Below are positions 51,984-64,000 of a stretch of 64,000 nt of DNA, one piece after another. Position 1 is the first letter of the stretch. Each line of letters starts with the position of its first letter. Under the pieces are notes generated by a model. The model did no database searches. It saw only the letters and a list, made by a program, of their open reading frames with translations, and had not been told where the DNA came from. A program made the position numbers and the translations under genes. The stretch comes from Moniliella sp. 'wahieum' (taxonomy: Eukaryota). The stretch covers positions 682,001-746,000 of the forward strand of contig RSEE01000004.1 in assembly GCA_003971905.1 (NCBI GenBank). The letters run 5' to 3'.

Positions 51984-54900
51984 ATGTCTTCCCAGCTGCG
52001 GCTGCGTCATGGCACGACGGTCCGTCGAGCGCACTCTCCCGTGAGCTCACCGCCAAGTGCATCTCCATCATCAACCGCTCCGACCCCGACCTGGTCGAGT
52101 TCATGCAGGCACAGCTCAGCACCATCAGCCCAGCCCAAGGCCCGACCTATGAGCTGCTGGACTACTTTGGCGCCGAGCTAGTTGCCAATTGCAAGGAGGC
52201 CGTCGCCACCGCCCAGGCCCCCTCTGGAAAGAGATGTACGCCTCCACTGCCCCCTGCACCGAGATTGATGCCAAGGGAAACATTATCTACCGCGAAGTCA
52301 AGCGCCAAGGTGTGCGCAAGCTCGAGGCCTACGTCAAGGAAATGGAGACTGGCACCCGCACTGCAGGCACCGTCGCCGCCCAACTCAACACGGAGCGGGC
52401 CCACGAGAACATTAGCAAGCTATGGTCTCTGATCCGCAACGAGCCTTCTGTCAGCAAACTGGGCAAGGCTACCATCAAGAGCTTGTATAATGAAACCATC
52501 CGTTCCCTGGGGCCCCCGCCCCAGTCCAAGCACTTTGTCACCTCGCATCGATCCCGCCGTACATCCGACACGAGCTCGACTGCCGGTCCAGCTTCCGGTA
52601 CTCTTGTCGATGCGCCTCTGCCGGAAGGCCGCCAATCTTTCCTCACTATCCAGCGCAAAGTTGCCGGAAAGTGGCAGCCTTCGGCCAAGCTGACCAGCGT
52701 ATACTTCTCCTTGTTGGACGAGATGGCGCGCGAAGGTCTCACGTTCGAGAACAAGAACGCCTCGTACGTTTCCTCCTTTCCCCGCCAAAGAAGGATGAAC
52801 TAACATATGATTGTTTCTGTTTGGACTGGTAGCTCACCGGTTGGCCGTGGCTCAATCGGATTGGAGATGGTAAAGGGTCTCTTGGCCGGGGGCGCGAAGG
52901 TGGTCATCACCACCTCCTCGTACAGCCGCAAGACGTGTGAATTTTACCAAAAATTCTTCACTGAAGTCGGCTCCCGTGGTTCTTCGCTCACGATTCTCCC
53001 CTTCAATGGATCGTCCAAGCAGGACGTGCAGAACTGGCCGACTACATTTACGACACGATGGGCCTCGACTTGGACTTCGTCTACGCAGGTGCCGCCATCT
53101 CGGAGCAGGGCATGCCCATTGACAATATTGGCGATAAGTCGGAGTTGGCCCATCGTTTGATGATGACCAATGTGATCCGTCTCCTCGGTGCCATCAAGGC
53201 CAAAAAGGAGGCCAACGGGTTTGATTCGCGCCCGACCAGCGTCATTTTGCCCTGTCACCCAACCATGGTCTGTTTGGCTCCGACGGTCTTTACTCGGAGT
53301 CTAAGATTGGTCTCGAGACGCTCGCCAACCGTTGGGCCTCCGAGGGCTGGTCTGACTACCTTTCAATCACGGGTGCTTGCATTGGCTGGGTCCGTGGTAC
53401 GGGCCTCATGGAGCAGAGCAACATCATCGCCCAGGCGTTGGAAAATCTGGGAATGCGAACCTTTAGCCCCGTTGAGATGGCATTCAACCTACTTGGTCTT
53501 TTGCACCCCGTCCTCTCATCCATCTCACAGGTGGAGCCTCTGTTTGCGGATTTGGGCGGTGGATTTGATCGGCTGCCCAACCTGGCTGAGAAGTCGGCTT
53601 CTCTGCGTCAGGGTCTGCAGGAGGATGCGATGTGCAAGCGGATGGTCAACTTGGATGCCTCGGCGGACTTTGTGGTGATCCGTGGTGCAGCGGCGGAGAA
53701 GCTGCACCAAAAGGTATGTCCAGCCCCGTGCAAACTTCCGATTTGCTCCGCCCCCCCTCCCTCCGCGCAAGGAGCTCACCCAACTTGCCCGCCTAGCAGG
53801 CCAACCTGTGACGGATGAGGAACTGGACAAGATTGTGGTCTGCACTGGCTTTGCCGAGGTGGGCCCCTGGGGCTCGTCTCGCACACGTTGGGAGATGGAG
53901 GCGCACGGTGAGTTTACCATGGAGGGTGCGATTGAGATGGCTTGGATCATGGCTTGATCAAGCACCACAATGGTCCCCTCGCAGGTGCGGCAGGCGCCAA
54001 CAGTCCCTACGTGGGATGGGTCGACGCCAAATCGGGCGAGCCGGTGGAGGACAAGGATGTCAAGACACTTTATGAGAAGGACATTCTTGCTCACACGGCG
54101 TCCGCATGATCGAGCCCGAGATGCTCAGTGGCTATGACCCAACCAAGAAGGAGTTTGTTCAAGAGGTTGAAATCACACATGACCTCGAGCCCCTTGAGGT
54201 CTCTGCCGAGGAAGCGGCCAAGTTTAAGCGTGAGCACGGCGACAAGGCAGATGCATGCAAGAAGGTGAGGTATGGCATGTAATGCTCAAGCGTGGAGCTC
54301 GCATCATGGTGCCCAAGGCCATCTCCTTTAACCGTGTTGTGGCGGGCCAGCTACCTACGGGATGGAGCGCGCAGCGCTACGGAATTCCGGACGACATTGC
54401 CAACAATGTGGACCGCATCACGCTCTGGGCCTTGGTCTGCTTGTCAGAGGCGCTGGTCATGTCAGGCTTGGGTGCGAGCGCCTACGAGCTGTACAAGTAT
54501 GTGCACCCCTCGGAGGTGGGTACGTCGCTCGGCTCCGGTATGGGCGGTGTGAGTTCCCTCCACAAGATGTTTGTTGACCGTCGTCAAGAGTCGGAGGTGA
54601 ACAAGGACGTGCTGCAAGAAACGTTCATCAATACCATCGCTGGTGGTGCAACCTTTTGATCCTCTCGGCCTCGGGCCCGGTCAAGATCCCTGTGGGTGCA
54701 TGCGCTACAGGACTTCAGTCGGTCGAGATTGCAGCCGAGACCATTCTCTCAGGCAAAGCCAAGGTCATGATTGCTGGTGGCTTGGACGACTTTGCGAGGA
54801 AGGTTCGTTCGAGTTTGCCAACATGGGTGCTACCTCGAACGCTGTTGAGAGTTGGCTGCTGGGCGCGAGCCTTCGGAGATGTCCCGTCCAACGGCACGCA

Positions 54901-56203
54901 GCCGTAACGGGTTCATGGAATCGCAAGGGGCCGGTGTGCAGATCCTCATGACGGCCCGCCAGGCGCTCAAGATGGGATGCCCCATCCAGAGCATTGTAGC
55001 TTACACCTCGACCCATACTGACAAGCAAGGTCGCTCCGTCCCAGCTCCGGGCCACGGTGTGATGGCATCGGCTGTGCCGCTGCAAAAGGCACTGGCATCC
55101 TGGGGCCTAACAGCCGACGATGTGGGCGTCATTTCGATGCACGGCACATCGACCGTGGCCAATGACAAGAACGAGTCGCACGTGTACAATTCCCTCTTTG
55201 AGCGCATGGACGTACCCCGGGGCTTGCCGTGCCAGTCATGGCCCAGAAGTGGATTCTAGGTCATGCCAAGGGTGGTGCCGGCCTGGGCGTCAAACGGGGT
55301 GATGCAGTCGCTGCTGTACTCGACTGTGACTGGCAACCGCAATGCGGATGACATCTCCCCTGAGCTGCAAAGTACCGCTACTTGCTCTACAACTCCACTT
55401 CGATTCAGCGCACGATGCAGGACCTTCATGCTGGCCTGGTCACCTCCTTTGGCTTTGGTCAAGTGGGCGGCATTGCCCTCTTCCTTCACCCGGCTCATCT
55501 TCTCGGCCGCCTCTCGGACGAACAGTTTGCCGAATACAACCGCTCCGTCGTCGCGACTGGGCAAGACATATGTGCGCATGCACGGCATGCTCACCAAGAA
55601 CGACCTGGTCCGCGTCGAGGACCACCCTCCTTACCCCGCGGGCCTGGAGGATGAGGTGCTGCTCAACCCCAACGCACGTGCCACGGAGCAGGCCGACGGT
55701 ACCTTTGTTTTCCAGCGTCCCTTGGCTCCGGCGCCCGGGAACGAGAAGCCTGCCAGCCTGTGGCAGTGGAAGCCGAGGTGCCCAAGGCGGCGGAGGCTCA
55801 GGCGCAAGAAGCCCAGCTGGCCGGTATGATTGGAGGCGTGCAAGGCGTCGGGATTGACGTGGAGAAGACGAGCACGTTCCCAGTTGACAACGATGCCTTC
55901 CTACGGCGCAACTTTACCCCCGCTGAGTTGGCTTATTGCCGCGCTCAGCCTGACGCTCGTGCTTCGTTCACGGGCCACTTTTGCGCCAAGGAAGCCGTAT
56001 TCAAGGCGATTGGAACGGCGTCCAAGGGCGCGGCGGCAGCCATGGCCGAAATTGAGATCGTTTCGACCCAAGGCCTGCCCCCCCAGGTCAAACTGCATGG
56101 CGCAGCGCTCAAGGCCGCTGGTGACAAGGTCAAGTTTATCGTTTCCGTCTCCCACTCGGACGACCAGGCGATGGCGATCGTTCATAAGGTTGCCATTGTC
56201 TGA
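51984..56203 (+). CDS. FAS2: Fungal type I fatty acid synthase alpha-type chain, KR-KS-PPT only (no ACP); frameshifted
   Basis: [13 protein letters not shown] at the N-terminus; KR GRGSIG and [83 protein letters not shown]; intron 52764-52832. Confidence 0.95.
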
Positions 56204-57431
56204 TCTTGTTTTTGGTCTGGTTAATTTGTCACGTGTCCTCTCCATCCCTGTAGTGGTATCATACGCGCCGCTCCGCTTCTCTCCTGCTCTCGGCCCCTCC
56301 TCGGCCTCTCGGTAATTCCTCTCCCAGTCCAATGTACGTGTTGGCCCCGTAATAGTCAGCGGTTGTTGGTCTAGTTGGGCACCCGGTGGTTGTGTCGTTC
56401 CTGCCTCAAGGGCGCCTCACCCGCTAGGGGGTTTACCCATGTTTTTGTGGGGCACAATCCCTTGGGAGACGGAAAGACGACTCACAGTATAGTTTCGGGC
56501 TTGGAATTAGTAGTTGGTGGATCCGAGCGGAGCTAGGCACGAGGAGAGGCCTTTGGGCGTGAAGCCGAGGACGTGGCTGGAAAGGAACCCGCGCTGGCAA
56601 GGTAATCAATAATCGATCATCGATCATCGCCATGGAAGGAGGAGGCGAAAAGATGCATCGAAGTTCGATGTATATCTCGTCTCGAGATAATTTTTTGTGA
56701 ATAGATGGCCAAGACGAGTTGGACATATTATCTCGTGTTTGGCCCTCAGGGCCTCAGGGCCTGACTAGCTGAACTTCAGGCGGTGGTTTGGGTCAGGTTG
56801 AACGTTGAACTTCAACTCAACGTTGAGTATTGAGTACATTGAACGGTTGAGCCTGTTACTCCCGTGTCACATATGAAGCTTGAAGCTTGAAGATGGCCCA
56901 CGCGCCCACGTCCCATGTCCGCTGTCACAGTGACAGGTCCATTTGACACGTGTGATGCGGGCAATCTCTCAACGCCGCCACATGTCACATGGTCACACTA
57001 TCGCCAAGCTGATGATACTGATGATCGCATAGGTGCCGCTGATGCAGCTGATACAGCTCAGACGAATGAGAAGAACTGAGAGCATCCGCGGCACATCTCG
57101 CATGCTCAGCCCAGCCACACAATGCATTCCCGCACTTCAGCGTATGACACTGGAAGCATCATGCCATCGTGCGCCCCATTGTTTACCCGATGAGATCGAT
57201 AATGAGAGAACTGAGTTAGTGCGTTGCGAGTTGAAACATGCTAGGTACTACGGAAGATGTCTCTGCGACGGCTTTCCGTCAGGTTTTGGAGTGTCATTTA
57301 CACGCCAGCCAAGGCGTGGGTGCAAAAAGGGACGTGCATGAGAGCTTGAACCTGCGTCCCGCTTTTACCGGGGGGGAGGGGGGGAGACTTGACCATGTGC
57401 GCGCCACTTTGCACCACATCCATCGGCATAC

Positions 57432-58616
57432 TTAGAGCAGCAGCGTCGTCTCGGCGATAATGCCAGTGACCTGGTAAGGGTCAATGTTGGACGCGGGACG
57501 GCGGTCCTCAAGGTAGCCCTTGCCCTCGGCGGCAACACTCCTGGGGATACGGATCGAGGCACCGCGGTTGGCCACGCCCGAGGAGAACTGGCCAATGTGG
57601 CCCGTCTCGTGCCGGCCAGTGAGGCGCTGGTCGTTGTCCGCACCGTACACGGCAATGTGCTCGTTGTGGCGCTTGCTCAGCTTCTCAATCGCAGCCTCGA
57701 TGGCCTTAATACCGCCCTCGGCACGGGTCGACTTGGTCGAGAAGTTGGTGTGAGCACCGGCGCCGTTCCAGTCGCCAGGGACAGCCTTGGGGTGGAACGT
57801 GACCTTGACACCCCACTCCTCCGCTACGCGGAGCAGAAGGTAGCGGGCCACAACGAGGTGGTCGCCCATGTCAATGCCAAGGCAGGGGCCTACCTGGAAC
57901 TCCCACTGAGCAGGCATGACCTCGGCGTTGATACCAGAGATGTTGACGCCAGCGTACAGGCAGGCGCGGTAGTGCGACTCGATCAAGTCACGGGCAACCA
58001 CCTTGCCAGCACCCACACCGCAGTAGTAAGGGCCCTGGGGACCGGGGAAACCGTTGGTGGGCCAGCCAAGAGGGCGGTCGTCCTCACCAAGGAGCGAGTA
58101 CTCCGCTCAATGCCGAACCAGGGCCTCGTCCTTGACCTGGTCAAGATCTTCTTGGCGGCATAGCGGTGGTTGGACTTGTTGGGGGGCCGTCGTTGTTGTA
58201 GCACTCGGCCAGAACAATGACGTTGTTGCCGCCACGGAAGGGGTCCGGGAAGTAAGCAGCAGGGCAGGTAAACGTCCGAGTTGCCACCGGGGGCCTGGTT
58301 GGTGGAGGAGCCGTCAAAGTTCCACTCCTTCAAGTCGGCAAGGGACTTGACGGGGCCGTCCAGGGTCGTCGTCTTGCCACGAATATCGCCAAAGCCATCA
58401 ATCCAAATGTACTCGGCCTGCACCTTGTTCCCTGGGGGAGGGCGAGGTAGTGGGCAGCGAGGCCTGTGGGGGGCGGAAGAAAGGAACATTTAGGTTAGGG
58501 CCGGGGGCTGCGGCGCTCCCGGGGAGCCGAAGGACGAAGGACGCCAGCACAAGAGAAGGATTGGGAAGGTACGCACCAGGCTGGCGAACAAAGGGATTGG
58601 GAGGGGCGGCAGACAT
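57432..58616 (-). CDS. GLN1: Glutamine synthetase (type II)
   Basis: [79 protein letters not shown]; intron 58464-58576. Confidence 0.98.
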
Positions 58617-60842
58617 GGCGGTGACGACGGTCAAGGAAAAAAGGAAGAGGTGGTGGTGGGAAGACGTAGCAAGCCAGGATGCGGGGCGGGAAAAAGGGCA
58701 GAAGATTAAATAACCGGATCTGAGAGATAACTAGACGCCTGCAGACGCGGGTGTGCGGAGAGCCGACACTGGCGGGTGCAGGGCCGAATAGGAGAGCACG
58801 CAGCAGGCGCCCGACAGGCTCCGTGCGGGCACGGATTTGCTGGCCACACTGGCGCCTCGCGTGGGCACAAGAGAGCAGGGGGGGTGAGGCGCTACCCGCG
58901 GCGGTGTGCTGGCGGCGACGGCCGGAGACGCACGGGGGCAGTGGGGCGGCGTGTGAGCGGTGAGCGGGGCGCGTGATGGGGCCGGGGACTGGGACGGGCC
59001 GCAAATTCAAATGTTGGACGATTGAAAAGCGGCTGGCCAGCGCAGGCACTGCGGTGTGGTGCGGCGCGCTGCGCCTGGCTGTCGCGTTTGGTTTTTTTGC
59101 ATTTTATCGCGGGTGCACGGAATTGGCGAATTGGCGACGTGGCAAGGCATCCGCCCAGCGCCCGCCCTGGGCCGCCCCGTGCCCGGCGGGTCTGCGCCGT
59201 GCTTACGATCGCAGACCATCGCGACGGCCAGGCACGCGCACGCGGTGGGCGGTGGGCTGCTGTCCCGCTGTCGCTTCTCTCCGCTCCTCCCCCTCGGCCG
59301 CAATGCTACTGCCCCCGCGCCCAGCCCACCCGCCCGTCTGGATATCTATATACCCCTCTCTCCGCCTGCCCGAACCTCGCTCCCTCGGCTCCCTTCGTCT
59401 CCACCTCGTCGTCGTCGGCCCTCCTAGCCGGTTGGGCTCAGCCGGTACCAGCCTCAGTTCAGGGCTTTCGTCCCCGGCTGTCCATCGCCACAGGTTGCTG
59501 GACGCGCGCTGTACCCTGTTGCATGTTCTGCCATCCGGCGGACAGGCTCAGCGGTGAGACCACCCGTCACCGGTAACCAGTCACGTTGCATGACGCATTC
59601 CGCGTACGCGCGTTGGGGCGGACTTAGCTTTTGCCCGTGCTCCTGCTCGCTCACGGTGGTCTCCGTTACTACATACACTACCTTTCACAACCAAACGTCG
59701 TGACGCGTGAACGCGTGCACCCGACCCGTCACGCGTCCTCGATCCTCATCCACCGTTCTTACATTCACCTCCTCCCTTCCCCGCACTTCACTCCAGTTCT
59801 AGGTGAGCACGACGCACACCACATCGTGGTGTGAATGTCCTCATCCGACCGGCCCCGGCCCCAGCCCCAGCCTCAACTCCGACCCACTCAACCTGAACAC
59901 GCCCCCTACCAATCCTTTCCCCGCCCTGTCCGCTGCCTTTTTGCCCCGTTCCTATCTCCGTCTGGCCCCGCTCTTCTGCCTGCTTCCTGATCCACCCGAT
60001 CCACGTTCAGTTTTCCTTTCACTCTTGCTCAGCCCTAAGGGCTGTTGTTCCGCCCCAGAGTCTCCTCTGGTCTCTTTTCTCCATCCACAGTGCATCGAAC
60101 TCATCGATAATCGATAATCGTTAATCACCCGCACTATCATCTCTTCTGTATCACATGTCACATTGCTCCTGTGGAAAAGCTTACGATGGGTGTTCGTCGT
60201 GGCGAGGTGTGCCGACCTCGCTACTACCACAGGATGACTGAACGTCGTATTCGACGAAGGAGCTTCCTTAGGACGGATGTCAACAAGGTGCTTGTGTCTA
60301 TGCGCGCTACGCGCCAATGTTGGCCTAGGGAGCCGGACGGGGAGAAGGATGAGGAGAAGGTGATGGATTAGAGCCAGAGTTGGGTCTGGTACAGAGGCAT
60401 CTATATGAGCCGGAGGATCCCACTTCCACAACGCATTCCATCCTGGATCCTGCCCAGCATGCCGCGTCAGCACGTCAGCCGTCGTGCGCAGCTCGCAGGC
60501 ACGGTCGAAAAAAAAGTACTTAAAATGGGTACGTCCTTACTCGTTCAACAACAGGTCAAGCTCAAGGTCAAGCCGGTCACGTGGAAATGATTTGACAAGC
60601 GACTGCCCTCTCACGCTTCATTCACTCCGATGATCGATGAAGGGGGCAAATGCTGTTCCGCATGTGGGGGCTTACGTCATGCGATATGTGCCCCCAGCAG
60701 CTGGCCACTAGCGGTGTCATCGATCATCGACCATACATCATGCATCATCTAGAATCGAGCCATCGAGCCATCTGCAATCCCCGGTCCGTGCACTTGACAA
60801 TGCATCTCCGGCTTCTTGTCTTCCACCACCTTTGCAGACACC

Positions 60843-61302
60843 ATGGCCGCTCCATCGCAAACCGAGTCCAAGACGCCCCTGTATGCCGCTGCTGACTTTT
60901 GCCTCATTCCGTTTGGAACGGGTTTCATCCTCGTGGGAGCGGAAATCGCTGAGGTGCAGCGCGTCTCGAGTCCTTCACTAGCCAAGGATTGATCTACAAG
61001 CTCCAGTACGTTACCGATTGCCATCGTTTGCTATGGCCTCCTAACGCTGATTCCCTATGTGATTCTTACTCAAAAGTGGATATGGGACCAACCTGGAAGG
61101 CCCCTGGCCGCTTGTGTCGCGCGCCATCGAGGCCTGCCATGAGCGACTGCATGAAAAGGGTGTTCCTCGGATCGCGACTGACATCCGTATTGGGACCAAG
61201 AACCCTGCTCTCGGCTACTCTCCTCCTGAGGGAGGAGAGAACGCGCGCAAGGCCCAAAGCGTTGTCCGTCGCTTGGCTGCCGATAACAAGTCGGAATCCT
61301 GA
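60843..61302 (+). CDS. ECM15: Ecm15 / MTH1187-YkoF thiamine-binding-protein family
   Basis: YAAADFCLIPFGTG..VGAEIAEVQRV..YKLH|GYGTNLEGPW..AIEACHERLHEKGVPRIATDIRIGT; intron 61006-61076; frameshifts in exon 1. Confidence 0.9.
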
Positions 61303-63715
61303 TCGGCCGGATGGAGTTTGCCAGGTGCGGTATCGAATGCAGCACGCTCTGGTAGACTTTTTGGTGTATGCCAATGCACTGATTTCGTCCCAATGCTGAG
61401 GTCTATGCGCCCTTCCCAAGTCAGGGGACTGCTGGACGCCTGACCATTGCTTGGTCTACTTGGCCACTGCCACTTCATTTTGTCACAGGTCATCGTCATC
61501 GTGGGCTTATTCACTACCCGACTGGATGCTTATGCTTGCGTCCTGTGCTGTTGAGAGAGAGGTTGTTTCGCCTTTATAAGGCTAGTAAGCGCTAAGCCCA
61601 TATGATGATGGTGGTCGGGGACTGTATATTGTGCTGCTTAATCTGGCAATCAGGGTGATCCTGATGTGGGACGAAAGGCTTACCTCCTACTCTCGATGTG
61701 GGATTCGATAAGGCGCTCGAGATGTTAAGAAAGATGAAAGAAGAAGATGTTGCTATTTTATGGTTGGAACCTGAGGCCAGTGAGGACTAGTGACATGTGA
61801 CACTAGTGACAGGTCATTAAGCAGTACACACGCCCTTGCCAAGACCTAAAGCTATAGAAGCGTTGCTCCGCAGTTGGGCAAACTCGCAGAACCCGATAGA
61901 GACTGCCGACATCTCGTGGGGACTAGAGAACCCAAAGAGGGACACAATATTGGAGGCTACTATACTCAATCAATTGTCGATTCCCGATCGCTGGCAGGTG
62001 CTGGAGCTGGATCGACATGCAGGCTACAAATGAATGAAGCGGTGAGCGAGAACGTTCACTACTTCACTGGGCCTATAGCATTTTAGTAGTGTAGGGTACA
62101 GGTCACCAACCGTCATACATAGGCCACAGGTCACATTGCATGACAGGCCACACGCATTACAATGTTCATCGATCTCATCACAGGCCGATCACTTGATCGC
62201 AAGATCTGCAGGCTCTGAGTGCTAAGCGCTATCGCTGATCATCGATCGCATGTCACATGTCACATGTATGCCACACTTTTGGCGCTGGGCGCTAGATCGA
62301 TTGTCGATAGTCGACGGAGGGCGATATGGACCTAGCAGGACCAGCCCGGTCAGCGCCGGCGCTCAGCCGGTCAGATCGAGGCCCGATCTCTTGCATCGGG
62401 CCAGCAAGGGGGCAGTGCTGATATGTTTCTCATCACGCGTCACATGCATGTTACACGCCACGCTTATCCTCGCCACCAGCACTAGCCATGCTTCTGACCT
62501 TTACATTGGCAGAACATACCCTATCTGGCTTGCTTTCTTCGGGATGCTCCGTTTGGGACTACGCGAGCCAACAGGACGAACCGGAACGCAGGATCCCGAA
62601 CAGGCATGGTCGATGGTCAGTGTAGCTTGTAGGCTGAGGCGCTGAGGCGCGAAGGCTATGTGGTGCTGGCGTGGCCTGGTGTGGCCCCCCTGAGGCAGCC
62701 TGAGAGGGGAGGCGGCCTGGGCCTAGAGGTGCAAAGCTGCATATCCAACGCGCTGCGCCACTGCTGCGCCTGAGACGGGCAGGCCGCCGATCGCTACACT
62801 GGACGTTGCATTTTGAATCCCGCAGGCCTCATGCCATGCTCCATGCCTTGCACGAGCAGCCGCTGCATGCACTGGCAACAGAGCAGTGTCAATTTGGCTT
62901 GTGCCCTGCCAGAGCACTGCTCCACAGCTGCCACAGCTGCCACACTGCCCTGCGTGGTAGGGCATTGGGGCAGACGGAGGCAGCACACACGCACTCATGC
63001 CCCGAGCTTGGTGGCTGCACGACGATTGCGGAGCTGGGAGCGTGTCTAACTATGTCTGAGCCCACGCTGGGCCAATGCGGGGGCGACAACGCACCCGCCT
63101 CGGTTGCTCTACGCACAGTTCTCCTGCCCTTCCCAGCGGCTCCCATCCGCTCGGAACAACACTCGACGAGGCGCAGCACTGGCCAGATGCAGAACGGCCC
63201 CTGCGCCGTTGTTCCTTCCAGCTTCAACGTACTCATCCTCTCCCACTCGCACAGCCGGGGCGATGGCCTGCGATGCATGTGGCGCTTCCTTCACACCGTG
63301 CGGTGCTGCACTGCTGCAATGACGCCAAGTGCCCCCGTGCCCGCCTGCAGCTGTTCGTTCCTCGACACCCTCGCCATCGTGCCATGCCCCCGGGCCTCTT
63401 GCGAGTTCAGAGTGTGTGGGATACGAGCGGGCTTTCCGAGCCAGTGAGTGACACATAAGGTAAGGTGCCACGCGCCACCCACCCCTCGGCGACAACTTCA
63501 GTCACTCTAGTCACTGTGTCCCATTTTATCTGGCTGCCTTTTCTGACTTTTGTTGGTCCCTCCCCCCGCCTTCCTTTCCTCCACCAGCTCCTGCCCCCAT
63601 CCCTGACCAAGACCCACGTTCGCCTTCCCATCACGCTCTCTACTCTGGACGTCCCCAGTATCTCCCTCTTTTGCTCTCGATTCGCCAACGCCTGCCTTCT
63701 CCCATTCCCGCGACC

Positions 63716-64000
63716 ATGCTGCCTCGGCCACTCGCTGCCGTTGTCACTGCTGTTATTGCGGCTGTGGCAGTCATTGTGCCTGCCCATGCCCACGCTTAAC
63801 AATGTCACTTCTCTCGAAGGCACTTGGTCCAGTGGCTCGGGTAACGTTACTACAGGTCTCTCCTTCTTCAACCCTAGTAATGCCGCTTTCACCATCCATC
63901 ATCTGGGGCGCAGGCCTACTCCTTCACCGACGATGGCTTCTTTGAGCAGGCCAAGTACATCTACACATCGAATGGTGCGTTCCTGTACCCCTTCTTCGCT
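63716..64000 (+). CDS. ROT1: ER chaperone Rot1 (5' part, truncated by the window end)
   Basis: Signal peptide, then NNVTSLEGTWSSGSGNVTTG.SFFNP...AYSFTDDGFFEQAKY. Confidence 0.9.

Noticed and set aside
51984..58616. Pseudogenes or programmed frameshifting in FAS/GLN1
   Set aside because: Indels are window-wide and homopolymer-associated, typical of long-read error
61597..61670. Box C/D snoRNA candidate (ATGATGA..CTGA with CCCA/TGGG ends)
   Set aside because: Short, no clear C'/D' boxes and no rRNA-complementary guide that I could recognise
61400..63700. Cys/His-rich ORFs upstream of ROT1
   Set aside because: Explained by GCA/CTG-rich composition; no coherent domain or splice structure

Overview
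GC-rich, gene-dense, intron-poor eukaryotic DNA from a fungus. It is most likely a basidiomycete yeast, and the few short introns suggest Ustilaginomycotina (inference). Nearly every conserved gene is split across several ORFs by single-base indels, including essential ones, which points to an unpolished long-read assembly rather than pseudogenes, so many gene boundaries are approximate. Recognisable genes in order: NVJ2/TEX2-like PH+SMP lipid-transfer protein, mitochondrial uL1, PX/PH-less phospholipase D, complex I TYKY subunit, a RanGAP made of two complete domains fused in tandem, PurU, RPS0, GH5 exo-glucanase, RPC25, Sec61-beta and TOM7 (both missed by the ORF track), RPC37, VPS8, TAF7, two large uncharacterised proteins (one F-box-like), an intron-containing tRNA-Gly(GCC), BNA6, a fatty-acid elongase head-to-head with an ACP-less FAS alpha chain (KR-KS-PPT), GLN1, ECM15 and the 5' end of ROT1. 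The most notable observations are the double RanGAP, the unusual FAS split point paired with an elongase, and recurring promoter motifs.
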